Below the pieces are notes generated by a model. That model saw only the letters and a list, made by a program, of their open reading frames with translations. It made no database searches and was not told the DNA's origin. From Octopus vulgaris (lineage: Eukaryota), in NCBI GenBank assembly GCA_951406725.2, contig OX597814.1, forward strand, positions 201,748,001 to 201,812,000: 64,000 nucleotides of DNA, read 5' to 3'. How positions within the stretch are numbered: the stretch's first letter is position 1; each line of letters opens with the position of its first letter. The position numbers were made by a program, and so were the translations under genes. This document shows, in pieces, positions 38,683-52,060 of the stretch.

Positions 38683-39370
38683 GAAAGAAGGTTTGAAAAT
38701 GCAATTATAAAGCTGTTTATTCACTTGACTGGTTTCACTTTTTTGGAAAAGGATTGTCAAAAGTAAAATGTAAAGCATTGTATAAGTTTTGTTGTGTTAA
38801 GTACTGGTTGTCACAAAAGTATTACAATACATATATATACATTCTTTGATAATAATAAGAAAGTGTCAAAAACTGTTTTTAAGCTTTGTTGTGTTAAGTA
38901 CTGGTTGTCACAAAAGTATTACAATACATATATATACATTCTTTGATAATAATAAGAAAGTGTCAAAAACTGTTTTTAAGCTTTGTTGTGTTAAGTACTG
39001 GTTGTCACAAAAGTATTACAATACATATATATACATTCTTTGATAATAATAAGAAAGTGTCAAAAACTGTTTTTAAGCTTTGTTGTGTTAAGTACTGGTT
39101 GTCACAAAAGTATTACAATACATATATATACATTCTTTGATAATAATAAGAAAGTGTCAAAAACTGTTTTTAAGCTTTGTTGTGTTAAGTACTGGTTGTC
39201 ACAAAATATTACAATACATATATATACATTCTTTGATAATAATAAGAAAATTTTAAAAACTGTTTACAAGGAAAAATCTTGAGAAAATATTACACAAAAA
39301 TTTTAAACAAAAATTTCAATAAAAATATTAGGTCATCATTAAAAATCATGTTTGTTTGGAAGTATCTATA
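38683..39370 (-). mobile_element. Hammerhead-like element (38720-38768) with an internal 97-bp tandem array (~5 units)
   Basis: Homologous to 12503-12795. The identical ORFs at 38846, 38943 and 39040 show the 97-bp period. Confidence 0.75.
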
Positions 39371-39859
39371 TATAGAATGGAAACACCCATCTTTCCAGAG
39401 GTGAATTATTCAAACCCCAAAGAATCCCTCTCAACACATGGCTATGATGCTCCCCTACTACATCTGCTCGTGATCAGAGATGCACATATCGTCAGCCACT
39501 AAGGGACATGCTCAACTGATTAAGGTCAAACAACTGACAAGCAAATCTGTGGTATTGATCAGAATATTTGCTGTAGCCCATCTTTTATACCAAGACAAAA
39601 CAATGTACATGATAACACTTCCAATCTGTTAATATCAGAAGCCATGAGAGCCACTGCCTGGTACTGCATCAGGGCATTAGGAAATCTGTGGTATTGAGCA
39701 GAATATTATTATTATTATTATTATCATTTTTCCTTCTTTCTTCAAATTTTCTTCCATTTCTCGCCGAGTGTTTTCCATACACCTAGGGCAGAGAAGCTCA
39801 TGGTATACATTCCCAGATTACACACGCAAATTCACAGATATTATTATTATTATTATTAT

Positions 39860-42800
39860 CATTGTCATTTACTTTTAATCTGCATGTTTAATGCAATCAC
39901 TTGCCGGGGCACACCCAGCGCCCTAGGGCAAGTGAAGGTTAAGAGTTGTTGAAATATAGCTGAAAGCTTGGGGAGGGGAAGTAGAGAAATATTTCCATGT
40001 AATACAAACACAAACATTTACATTGATAGGGTTTTTCTAAGGATGTGGGCAGTACTTGTTAGCACAATCTTTTGGATTTCCTTGAGACATGGTTCTCCAG
40101 GGATATTGTCTAGGTGTTTCTGACATCCCTTTTTTATCATGCCTAGGGCATCTACAATAACAGGAACAGTTTTTGTTTTAAGATTCCACATCTTTTGTAT
40201 TTCGATTTCCAGGTCCTTATATTTACTAAGTTTGTCAAATTCCTTTACAGATACATTTTTATCAGTGGGGACGCTTACCTCTATTAGTCTGCAGGTATTT
40301 TCTTCCCTGTCTTTAACAATTACGTCTGGTCGATTAGCCTTGATCATTCTGTCAGTGTTGACTGGAAAATCCCTGAGGATGGTGACATTTTTACCTTCAA
40401 CAACTGGCTGAGGATGGTGTTCATACCAGTTAGCAGGAGTGCCGAATTTGTAGTGTTTACATATCTTCCAATGTATATACTGTCCTACCCTATCGTGGCG
40501 ATTTTTGTATTCGTTTGGTGTCAGCACAGGACATCCCAAAACGAGATGGTCTATTGTTTCATCAAATGTGCCGCAGAATCTGCATTTAGGGTCAGTACTG
40601 TTTCGGAGAACGTTAGCCTGGTAATTTCTGGTAAACAAGCTTTGATCTTGTGCTGCCAGTATGAAGCCTTCAGTCTCTGCTTTCAATCCAGAACTCTTCA
40701 GCCACTGATGGGTTGTTGCTTGGTCTACATCAGCATTTTGGCTTCAGAGAATATATTGTCCATGCAGAGGCTTCTGGCTCCACCGCCTCTCAATTTGATT
40801 CTGCCCGTTCTTTTTTGCAGTCTGCTTGATTCGCTTTGCTTGCTTGGTAGCTGTGGTTTCCGGCTCTTCGTCTGATTCAAGGTTAATGTCTAGTTCCCTT
40901 TCGAACTTATAAGCTTCCTTGACAATAGAATGTAGCTTTTTGCTGCTTTTGTGTTCGCACACAAGTCGCAGCATCCAGTCCTTTGTACTAGATAGGTACC
41001 TGTTCATTCCTACAGTAGAGGTCTTATAGCACAGCTCTAATTGCAATATTCCTCCCCCCCGCTGCTTCTAGGTAGGTACAGGCGGTCTACATCTGCCTTA
41101 GGGTGGTGCATGTTCTTGGATGTCAGTAATTTTCTTGTCTTCCTGTCCAAGCGTTGGAGTTCCGTAAGGTTCCAGTTAATGATGTTAAAACTGTACTGGA
41201 CTACTGGAAGTGCCAGGGTGTTAATAGCCTCAATGCAATTTTTGGAGTTGAGTTCAGTCTTCAGTACAAGCCTTATTCTCCTATAGTATTCCTTTCTTAT
41301 TTTTTCCTTCATAGTAGCATGATGTATACCATCTCCTTCGTTGATTCCTAGGTATTTGTAACTTTCTTGTGGGTCAAGTTCCTTGATGGTAGTGTCAATA
41401 TCTAATTTAACAGAAGCTGTTTGCCTGAGCTTGCCTCTTACAAAAGTTGCTTTAGCACACTTATCAAGGCCAAAATCCATTCCGATATCATTGCTAAACT
41501 CTTCAACAGTTGTTAGCAGCCCTTCTAGCTCTTGGTCATTCCTGGCAAACAGCTTTAGGTCGTCCATATAGAAAAGGTGGTTTATTGACTTACTAAAAAC
41601 TTTGTACCCATATCTGGTACTATCCAATTCGTTTGAGAGTGGGATCAGTGCCATGCAAAAAAGTAATGGAGAGAGGGAGTCACCTTGAAAGATGCCTCGT
41701 TTGATGTTGATGCTGTTGGACTGGCTCATCCCATTACTATGGCTTAGAAAGAGACGTGTGTTCCACATGGTCATGCTATTCTCTAAGAATTTTGAGATGA
41801 CAAGAGAGATCTTGTATATCTCAAGGGCCTTGAGTATCCATTTATGTGGGACACTGTCATACACTTTCCTGTAGTCTATCCATGCCATACTCAGGTTTTT
41901 GTTTTTGCTCCGGCAATTCTCTACAATCATTCTGTTTATGAGCAATTGGTCTTTGCACCCATAAGAGTTTCTTTTACAACCTTTTTGAGCTTGTGGAAGG
42001 ATAGAGTTTTGTTCAAGGAAAGCGTACATTCTCTCCGTTATTATGGATGTGAGGATCTTGTAGGTGGTGTTGAGACATGTTATTGGCCGGTAATTCTTTG
42101 GGTTTTTTGTGTCTTCGGTTTTAGGTAATAAGTAGGTGGTTCCTTCAGTCAGCCAAGCAGGTATTTGCTCTGGGTTCTGAATGACATCAGACAGAGATAC
42201 AGCGAGATTTTCGTGTACCTCTGTCAAACAATTCAGCCAGAAGTTAGGGATCCGATCCAGTCCTGGGGTTTTCCATTTATGAGCCTTCCTAAGGACACAC
42301 CTTAGCTCATCTATTTCTATTGCTTCCCATTTCTGTTCTTCAAGTTCATCCAGTCTCTCTTTCTCACGTTCTATCCAGTCAGCATCAGCATTAAACTCTT
42401 TTTCATTGCTCCATACCTTCTTCCAGAACTCCTCCACTTCCTCAATCTTAGGTGGATCTTCTATGTGTATTTTATTTTTGCCAATTTCCCTATAAAAATT
42501 CTTTGCATCTATCTTAAAAAATTTATTTTGTCGATAAAATTTGTTTCTTCTGTCATACCTTCTAAGCCGTTGGGCTTTCAACTGTATCCATTGTTTCAAC
42601 AGTTCCTTAGTTGCAGGGAGGTTTATGAGATCTTTGATTTTATAGTTTTGCTTGATTTTTCTAGCTTTTCTTGACTTAATATTCACTCCTCTAGCAAGCT
42701 CATCGAGAACTGAAACATCCGCCCACAGAGATTCAATCACTTTTTGTATCACTACTTTCCACTTAGGAGGTTCATTGACATGCCTGGCCTTTTTCTTTGT

Positions 42801-43536
42801 CATCTTAATACCTAGTTGGGTAGTTACTACTTTAGCAGTGGAATAGATGAGATTATTTAAGGTTGTCAGATCATTCCCCTTATTTCTTAAGATCTGTCCT
42901 AGGGCAACGTTATATGTCATGATTGTGTTGTTATTTCTTGTGCCATTTGAAAACTTTGGTAGTGGTTCTCTATTAACCATGTCAGTGAGCTCAATCTTGC
43001 CGAGTTCTCTCATAATGTCCACTTTTGCTTCCATAATCTTTTCTCTATTATTCACCTCAAATTCTATGTCATATCTATTTTGGTTTTTTTGAGGAAGGTC
43101 TACATTCTCCTCTTTTTTAAAATCTCTCGTCTTCGCTATTCTTTGTTTAACTTTCCCATTGGGAAGTTGAGATACTGCTTGTACACTGGCTTCTGTGCTA
43201 CTGTTACCTATTTTGTCTACATTGTTGCTGCTTTCTTTTGGTCTATCCTGAGCTATTAGTGTCCTAATTTGGTCAATTTCAGCGTCAGTTAGTCTTTTGT
43301 TTTTAATTATATCTCTGCGTACATTACTTAATTTATTTGCGTCTATAAATCTACGTACTTCATTGCCTACTGAATTTCTCCATGAGATGTATGTTTGTAC
43401 ACTGAGATTATTGTTTGGGTTTAGTTGGGCTGTATAAAAAGCTTTCAATACATCTCTGTAGTCCTCTCTGGTCCATTTTATACGTTTTGCTTTAGGTGGT
43501 GTTTTTGGTGGTGTCACTACAAGTCCAGAGTTAGAA

Positions 43537-43537
<1 letters not shown>
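39860..43537 (-). mobile_element. Near full-length R4/Dong-clade non-LTR retrotransposon (RT + CCHC + RLE), frameshifted
   Basis: ORFs 43517-41037, 41046-40744 and 40686-40018 contain GIFQGDSLSP, YMDD, CRFC..DETIDHLVLGC, RHDRV, RPDVIV and KLSKYKDL. Flanked by (TTA)n on both sides. Confidence 0.92.
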
Positions 43538-43589
<52 letters not shown>

Positions 43590-43603
<14 letters not shown>

Positions 43604-43751
43604 TCACTGCTTGGAATCAAATTCGGAATTCGGGGTTAGTTACTCGTGCTCATAACCCCTATGCCATATGCCATGGTGTAGTGGTTAAGAGCATGGGCTG
43701 CTAACCCCAAAATTCTGAGTTCAATTTCAGGCAGTGACCTGAATAATAATG

Positions 43752-43787
<36 letters not shown>

Positions 43788-43965
43788 TAAAAAAATACCT
43801 TAGGAATAAGAATTCAGGTTCGAACACCTTGAAGGCTGGAGGGTATATCAGCTGAAACATTGTGTTAACAACAAACAAGATGAGGACAAAATATCTGTCA
43901 AATGTAAATAATGTAAATAATGTAAATAATGTACATAATTCCTCATCTCTTAAATATAGATCTGT
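43590..43965 (+). mobile_element. Head-to-head tRNA-like heads, then (AAT)n, a hammerhead relic (43823-43866) and an AATGTAAAT tail
   Basis: IR at 43590-43745. AACAC-cu[ga missing]uga-a-GGCUG..CAGCU-GAAAC-auu-GUGUU. Confidence 0.65.
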
Positions 43966-44864
43966 ATTAGCAATATTTTACTTGTTTCACTCATTGGACT
44001 GCGGCCATGCTTGGGCACCACATTGAAGGGTTTTAGTCAAACATATTGATCCTGGTATTCAATTTTTTTAAAGCCTGTCACTTATTCTATTGGCCATTTT
44101 ACCAAACAGGGAAACTAGGGAGATGTAAACAAACCAACACTGGTTGTCAAATGGTGGTGGGGTAAAATACAAGCAGAAAGGCACCCACTGCCATAGATAT
44201 ACACATACTTATAACAGGCTTCTTTCAGTTTCCATCTACCAAATCAACTCACAAGGCTTTTGTCATCCCAGGGCTGTAGTAAATGACACTTGCCCAAGGC
44301 ACCACACAGTGGGACTGAACCCTGAACCATGTGGCCAGGAAGCAAACTTCTTAGTCACACAACCACAACTGTATGTGTGTATGAGTTGTTGTTGCTGGGT
44401 AAGGGTGATTAGGTGATGGTCTAGGGCTTAGGAGTTGGAGACCCTAGACCTTGGAAAAAATAAAAACTTTGGTCGTCTTGTTGTAGTCGAGGGCTACACA
44501 ACTGGGAGGTGGCCCTCAAAGTTGCTGGAAATGGAGATCTCCAGGTCTAAATTCTTGAGTGGCTGTGTGTTTGAGTGGGGGTGGGGCTGAGTGTTTGTGG
44601 CTTCTTGTTTTGACATCATGTGATTGTTATAAATGAATGTCAATCATTTCCAGTCTTCCATGAAAAATATGTCTGGCTATGGGGAAATATTAATTTGCTT
44701 GGAAATAGGTAAGGGTTATCAACAGGAAGAGCATCCAGCTGTAGAGAATCTACTTCAATAACCTCTTACAAATGCAAGCATGGAAAAGAGGATATTAGGC
44801 TGTTGATGGTGATGATGATGATGTTCCGATACTTGCTGTTTGCTGTGCACATGACGGTTTATTA

Positions 44865-45180
44865 ATCATCATCATCATTGTTCGATCACGGTCGAGACAA
44901 TGGAATTTACTATGTTACGCCAGACCTCATGGTCCATCATAGCATTACGGAGGTCCTGCTGCTGGATGCCTGTATCCCTGGAGATTACATCAGGGTAGGA
45001 GAGTGTGCACTCTTTGGTATTGCGAGCAGATGGCTTCCAGAGGAGAAGAGTAGAAATTACCTCGTTTTCAGCTCTACACCTATGTCCAGCAAACTGGACT
45101 CTTTTACCTTTCACAAGAGATGATACAGGTGGTAATTTCCCATATATTTATACTTTGGTTGGATGATGCTTCCATGAGAT
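44865..45180 (-). mobile_element. RTE-group LINE 3' end
   Basis: RVQFAGHRCR...LLLWKP...SYPDVISRDTG...DLRNAMMDHEVWR, followed by a (TGA)n tail. Confidence 0.7.
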
Positions 45181-45327
45181 AAAGAGAGAAAAGAGAGAAA
45201 AGAAAAGACTGTGGTTTATTAATACCATATTATCGTTACAAAATAAGTTATAATAAGTCTATGTATATCATGAAAGGATATTTCAAATGAGACACATATG
45301 TATAGCTTTCTATATTACTAAGGATAT

Positions 45328-46030
45328 TTAACCCTTTAGTGTTTAAACCGGCCATATCAGGCCAAAATTGTCTTCCTGTTTTATGCTCAAACCAGCCAGC
45401 TCTGACCTCTCACACCTACCCTACAAAGTCATTCTAAAAATAAACAGGGACATCATCAAACTCTCAGAGTTACAAGATGTTGTACAATTAATTTAAAACA
45501 ATGTATACCTTCCCTTCTTGGGACACAAAACTCTACTTGTGAAGACCTGTTGAGGCAAGTCAGAATCAGAATCGAAATCGATCAATGGAAATTGCAGCTG
45601 AGATACCAGTGCCGGTGGCACGTAAGAGAACCATCCAAACGTGGCCGTTGCCAGCACCACCCCGACTGGCCTCGTGCAGGTGGCACGTAAAAAGCACCAT
45701 CCGTTCATGGCCGTTGCCAGCGCCGCCCCGACTGGCCTCGTGCAGGTGGCACATAAAAAGCACCATCCGATCGTGGCCGTTTGCCGGTGGCACATAAAAA
45801 GCACCCACTACACTCATGGAGTGGTTGGCGTTAGGAAGGGTATCCAGCCGTAGAAACATTGCCAGATGAGACTGGGCCTGGTGCAGCCTTCTGGCTTTCC
45901 AGACCCCAGTTGAACCGTCCAACCCATGCTAGCATGGAAAGTGGACGCTAAACGATGATGATGATGATGATGATGATGTAATTAAACAGGCTTTACATTT
46001 GACAGAGTAATCTGAATGCTAAAGGGTTAA
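45328..46030. mobile_element. piggyBac-type MITE interrupted by an RTE 3' UTR (45505-45977)
   Basis: TTAA-CCCTTTAG ... CTAAAGGG-TTAA. Related ends at 417, 2854 and 55099-55330. Confidence 0.7.
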
Positions 46031-46744
46031 AAAAAAAAAGAAGAAGCATAATATTCTTATATACATTTAACTCACATTCACGACATAAAATAAATTATTA
46101 AATTGCGTAGCTGTAGCAGACATCCGGAGAAAACTAAGGAAAGTAGCATTAAAATTTCATATAATTCTTAGCACTGAAGACAGACAAACATCACCGCTTC
46201 CTCTCTCTCTCTCTCTCTCTCTCATTTTCAGATTTTATTCATTGCACTTAAATGAATACATAAATAAGAAAGTAAACATAATGAGATTATTTTTGGACAA
46301 AATTCTCTATTTAACTCAAGTAAATAGCTATTCTTCCTTTCTAAATGGACTAATTAAAAGAGATTTGCACTCTAATTGTTCATGGTTATTTAGATGTTGG
46401 TGTTATTGTTATTGATGTGTAAACCAGCCACATTAGATGCCAGTTTATGTGTATCTAAAAACCTGGGGTTGATAGTGTGGATGCGTCTGATAATTGGTTC
46501 ATTTAAATTGTTTAATATATGTTATGCTAATTGGGCGTTTGGGCATAATTGAAAGCTTCATTAAAGAGAAATCATGTCAAAGCTAGGTAGGACTCAGCCA
46601 ATGAATGAGCTTCTATGCACTCATTTAACCAGCTAGAAATAGCAGTAAAACAGTCCTTGAATTACACCCTAATGTCTTAGAAGAAAGGACTTATAGGGTA
46701 ATGTTGTGGGCTTGGAAGGGGACAAAATATATCAGCCTTTAAAA

Positions 46745-46965
46745 CTGTGCTTCTCAAACCTTTTTATTCCCAAAACCTGATATTTAATTAAACTTCACAA
46801 GCTGGATCATTATACTTTGCAAATTATTTTCCTACTGTGTCTCACGAAAACCAAAAAAAAAAAATGGGAACACAAGTCAATCAAAGAAAAGTTTATTAAA
46901 TGTATTGAAGGAATAATGTTAGGGGTTGGCAGAAGAATACTGTGGGCCACAGTTGAGAACTTCTG
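46745..46965. mobile_element. hAT-type MITE
   Basis: Ends ctgtgcttctcaa and ttgagaacttctg. A similar end cagtgtttctcaac is at ~18884. Confidence 0.45.
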
Positions 46966-47039
46966 TTCTAAACATTCCCATCATGTCAGAATAAAGTTTA
47001 CTGTTGAGAGTTGGATCTTCTATATCACCAATCAGTTCA

Positions 47040-48131
47040 GTCCTTCATTATGTCTGCCATGAAATGCAACATCTTCTGGTCAGCCTTCACCACTTCATTC
47101 TATAAACCTATAACAGTGAAGCCTTCTCCCTTGCTCACTACACCTGATTATTATTCCCCTTGATTATTTCCTTTTGTTCTCTTGCATTCATCCACACTAA
47201 CATTATCCATCCAATGGAGTACGCTTACCTCATTTCATTCTAGTTTTGGCAAGTCTTCCTCATTCAAGGCCCACACCTTATGATCATATAGCATTGTAGT
47301 TCTTACACAAGCATCATACAACCTGCCCTTCACTCAAAAGAAAACGACCTTTGTTGCCTGTAGGAGTACTGGCTCCTTGAACTTTTCCCATCTGCTCTTA
47401 CTTTGGCTATGATACTTTTGGGACAACCACCTCCCCTACTAATTATGTCTTTTAAGTAACTGAAGCCAGCACCTACTTGTAACGAGAATTTAAGAGAACC
47501 TATTTCCAGTGCATTCCTAGAGTAAACATTTTTTCATGCTAAGAGTTGCTGAAGCCTGGAACAAACTGCCGGCATCAGTTGTTAGTTGTCGAAGCACTGC
47601 ATCCTTCAAAACTTCCATGCTTCCTGAGATTCGCCAACACTCACCTGATTTTCTCCCCTCCATACACATGCAAACATGTATCTGACTCATGCACTGTTCA
47701 CTTCCCAGACATTTGTACATTACTGCAGATGCTTTATACGCACTTTTGACAAGTTGTGGTGCACCTGAGCACTGTATACAATACTTTCATTATTATTTAA
47801 TTTAAATTACTCCAGGGCATTTGCCACATACAGAAGTTGCCTTCTCTGTTGTCCTGCCAGTAATTCCACTACACATCTGTATGTCTCCATAGCTTACACT
47901 GGTTATGGCATATGGCTTTCCTAACTATTCCTGTCCTGCATATTAAACAACGTCATTTCCTTGAATATACCAGGTTTCTGTCTTCTTTCCTGCTTGCTAA
48001 CACCTTAGTCTAGTCTTTGTTTAGTAAGCTCTGCAGTTTCTTGATTCTAGGTTTCACTTCCAGGCCTGGTATTTCTTGTCTAATTCTACCATAGACTCAA
48101 CTACAAGTATTTGATCATCAGTATATAGGAG
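47040..48131 (-). mobile_element. Highly decayed RTE-like RT relic, interrupted by a CR1 3' end and a SINE
   Basis: LLYTDD (YADD-like) near 48115-48131. The SINE at 48130-48353 has TSD agtatataggag. Confidence 0.45.
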
Positions 48132-50289
48132 AGCTGGTAGAATCGTTAGCATGCCAGGCGAAATGCTTAGCAGTATTGCGTCTGCCGTTACATTCTGAGT
48201 TCAAATTCTGCTGAGGTTGACTTTGCCTTTCATCCTTTCGGGGTCGATTAAATAAGTACCAGTTATGCACTGAGATCAATGTAATTGGCTTAATCCCTTT
48301 GTCTGTTCTTGTTTGTCCCCTCTATGTTTAGCCCCCTGTGGGCAATAAAGACAAGTATATAGGAGCTTTCATGAAACAGAAGGAAAGAGACATCATAAAC
48401 TGGATGCTCATGTGAATACAAACAGAATACTACAAGTTTCACATAAATCAGACCACGGGTTACTGAGATACATGGTTTTTTGGGGTACCTTTATAAATAG
48501 CCAAGCCGGTGTATAATAGGAAAATGCTTTGAAAGTAAGGTACCATTGAAATGTGAATACACACAGGATAACAGAAGTTTTGCATAAAACGGACAATAGA
48601 TTCCTGAGATATGTGGCTTTTTCAGGTACCTTGAACTATTGGTGACCCAACAGGTTATGTGTAGTTTAGTATATACTAAAATTAATAAAGATCAAGAGAA
48701 CAGAAATTTGCACATCCAAATTTTATTACACTGTTAATCACATCATTCTTCGTCAAGAATTAAGCATGCTTTTACTGCAATCTGGGGCACACTGTTAAGT
48801 TTGCTTCTTGGTGTTAATTACCAGCGAATCTTCATCAGGGTCCTTTGTTACTGATGGTTGGATATCACTAATAAGACCGAACATATGATACTCACTAGGA
48901 TTATATATCTCTATAAACCATTTTGGATGTGCGTATGTATGTGTATGTGTGTGTGTGTATGTGTGTATGTCTGTGTGCAAGTGTGTTTGTGTCTGTGTTT
49001 GTTCCCTACCACTGTTAGACAACCAGTGTTGGTGTGCTTATATCCCAATAACTTAGCAGTTCAACAAAAGAGACTGATAAAATAATTACCAGCTTAAACA
49101 AAAAAAACATGACTACTGGTGTCAACCCATTTGGCTAAAATTTCTTCTAGGCAGTGCCCCAGCATGGCCACAGTCTAATGACTAAAACAAGTAAAAGCTA
49201 AAAGAGACAAAAGTATAGTTTAGATGATATTATTGAAGAAAACTAAGAGCATTATTGTTAAGTGCCAAACTTGTTAGCAAGTCACAGCAGGAAAACGATT
49301 CGCTAAGTAAGTATAATGATCCAACTTAAGAAATATAATTAAATATCAATAATAATACAGCACCAAATCAACTTGAAGAATCCTCTAATGTATACTAAGA
49401 ATCTTTAGTGACTTCCTTTGAAGCAAATTACAACAATGTATGAAATGAGAAATTTTGGCTTCTTCTGCAATTCTTAATCATATAAAAAGCCTTTAACAAC
49501 TCAATAATGAAATAGCATTTCCTTACATATAATTAAGTTCTCGCTTTATACATCAGCATTCTTAATTCTTTGCAACATCTATAAGAATGCTATCTAATAA
49601 ATTGGCAAATATTCTCTTACAGACTAGCATTATTCCCTGCACCTTCTGTTTGTTCCTCGTAGCTTAACTACCGTGAACTTTCATATATGAAAGTATGATG
49701 GCACCATTCCAACCATTTCTTAAAATTGTCATACTGCGTCCATTAATCTATGTTCTTATTTTTATCATATCTTTTTAAGAAGAATAAGATGCTAAACAGG
49801 CATTTTTCTTCTTTCGTTATACATATAATTATGGCAGCGAGCTAGCAGAAATGTTAACACACCGGGCGAAATGCTTAGCGGTATTTTGTCTGTCTTTACG
49901 TTCTGAGTTCAAATTCCTCCAAGATCGACTTCGCCTTTCATCCTTTCAGGGTCGATAAATTATGTACCAATTGCTCACTGGGATCAATCTAATCGACTAC
50001 CCCCTTCACCAAAAATTTCAGGCCTTGTGCCTAGAATAGAAAAGAATATTTTTAGAAAGGCAGTGAGCTGGCAGAAATATTAGCACGACAGGTGAAATGC
50101 TTAGCGATATTTCGTCTGTCTTTATGTTCTGAGTTCAAATTCCACTGAGGTCGACTCTGCCTTTCATCCTTTCAGGGTTGATAAATTAAGTACCAGCTGC
50201 ATACTGGAGTCAATCTAATTGACTGGCTCCCTCCCCAAAAACCTTTTGGGCCTTGTGCCTAGAGTAGAAAAGATAAATACAAATATTTA

Positions 50290-50342
<53 letters not shown>

Positions 50343-51699
50343 ACACACACTCGCACACACATATATATAGATATAGATGTACATATAGATATAGATATAT
50401 TTTTAAGTGTGTGTGTGTGTATGTGTATGTATGTGTGTGTATGAGTGTGTGCATGTGTGTATATATGTGTGCGTGTCCATATGTGTATGTGTGTATATAT
50501 GTGTGCGTGTCCATGTGTGTATGTGTGTGTATTGTGGGTGTTTGTGTGTGTGTGTATGTATGTATATATAGACACATACACACACACACACATATATACA
50601 CAATACATATATGTCTGAAAGTGTGCGTGTACACAATTTTTTTCATGCATTAATGAACAGAAGACATTTGCCCAATGTTGCCCAAAGTGGAATTGAACAC
50701 AGAACCATATGGTTGTGAAGCAAACTTCTTCACCTCACAACTATGCCTGCTGACGCCAATGTATTACCATTTTTTTCTTTATTCTGGCAGTATTTTAAGA
50801 CTTGGAGGAAATCTGAGAATTAGCATTCCTAAAAAAATTGTGGACAAACACGATAAAAAGTTTCCTTTTAGGAAGTGTATTTAAAGAATAAAGAATAAAG
50901 TATAAGCATCGACTGATATTCTTAAATGTATGAATAAACAATAAACATACACAAAAGTAGATTTATTTAGATTTTATAGAGGTGTACCATGGTAACAGAT
51001 AAAGACAGATGTCTATTTTGATGGAACCACTTTCTGGGAGTTAAACATGTAAATAACTGAGATATTATGTTACAAAGAAAAGTTATGAAGATATGAAAAT
51101 GAGAAAATGAATAGATATGTTTGAAAAAGCATAATTTATAAAGCAGGTGAGAGAATACAGTATATAGATATACACTGAAATATTTGAAAGAAATCAGGAG
51201 AAAAATATAAAAGAGACTGAGAAGAAATACAGCCAAACTGTTGGAAGAAAGAAATGGAGAGAGAACAAGAAAAAAAATGGGAAGATGGAGTTGGATAAAC
51301 TTGGTTCTATGTTAAGAAATTAATGTTTTTTTAGCTGAGAATATATTTTTGAGACATTTGGATTTTACTTTGGTTGGCTTTAAATTTATATTTGAGATTG
51401 TATCAAGTTTTTTGGAGAATAACATAGGTGTACGATACTATGTGTTGTCCATGCAGAAGGCGTACCTGAGTCGTTGAGGCTATGCTTTGTTGAGGAGATC
51501 TAATAAAGTCAAAACATTTCCAGAATTATATTGCTGTATCTTCATCACTACCATCATCGTCACCAACATCATCATCATCGTCGTCATCGTCATCATCATC
51601 ATTGTCAACGTTGTCATCACCATCATCACCATCGTCAACGTCGTCATCATCATCTTCATCAAGGAAAATGGTCTCAATGCAACATATCAGCTACTGGGA

Positions 51700-52060
51700 A
51701 AGATTGAAAGAGCTAAAACTCTTCTCCTTAGAATGAAGGCAGGAAAGATATGCAGTGATATACATGTGGAAAATTGTGGAAGGCCTTGTACCAAACATTG
51801 GCATTGAAAGTTACTCAAAAAGCAGAACAGGGCACTATGCAGAGTGCCAAAGATCTCAGCATCTCCATCAAAATACAGGACCAGATACTGCAACAGCTTA
51901 GGTTTCAAGGGCCCACAGCTCTTCAATATCCTTCCAAAATGCTTGAGAGACCTGCATGGTGTAGATGTAGGTATCTTCAAAACAAAAATGGACCTCTTCT
52001 TGTCAAGGGTTCCAGATGAACCTACCTCACAGCAGGAAACACAGATGAGGGTAGCAAAAG
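51700..52060 (+). mobile_element. CR1/Jockey-group LINE ORF2 C-terminal relic
   Basis: NSLGFKGPQLFNILPKCLRDL..VGIFKTKMDLFLSRVPDEP. Confidence 0.65.

Noticed and set aside
43673-43745. Functional tRNA genes (also the SINE heads at 18540-18620 and elsewhere)
   Set aside because: The acceptor stems are incomplete and the heads run straight into repeat bodies.
50940-51470. Possible further Penelope tail
   Set aside because: It is purine-skewed, but I could not read a convincing peptide motif or ribozyme.
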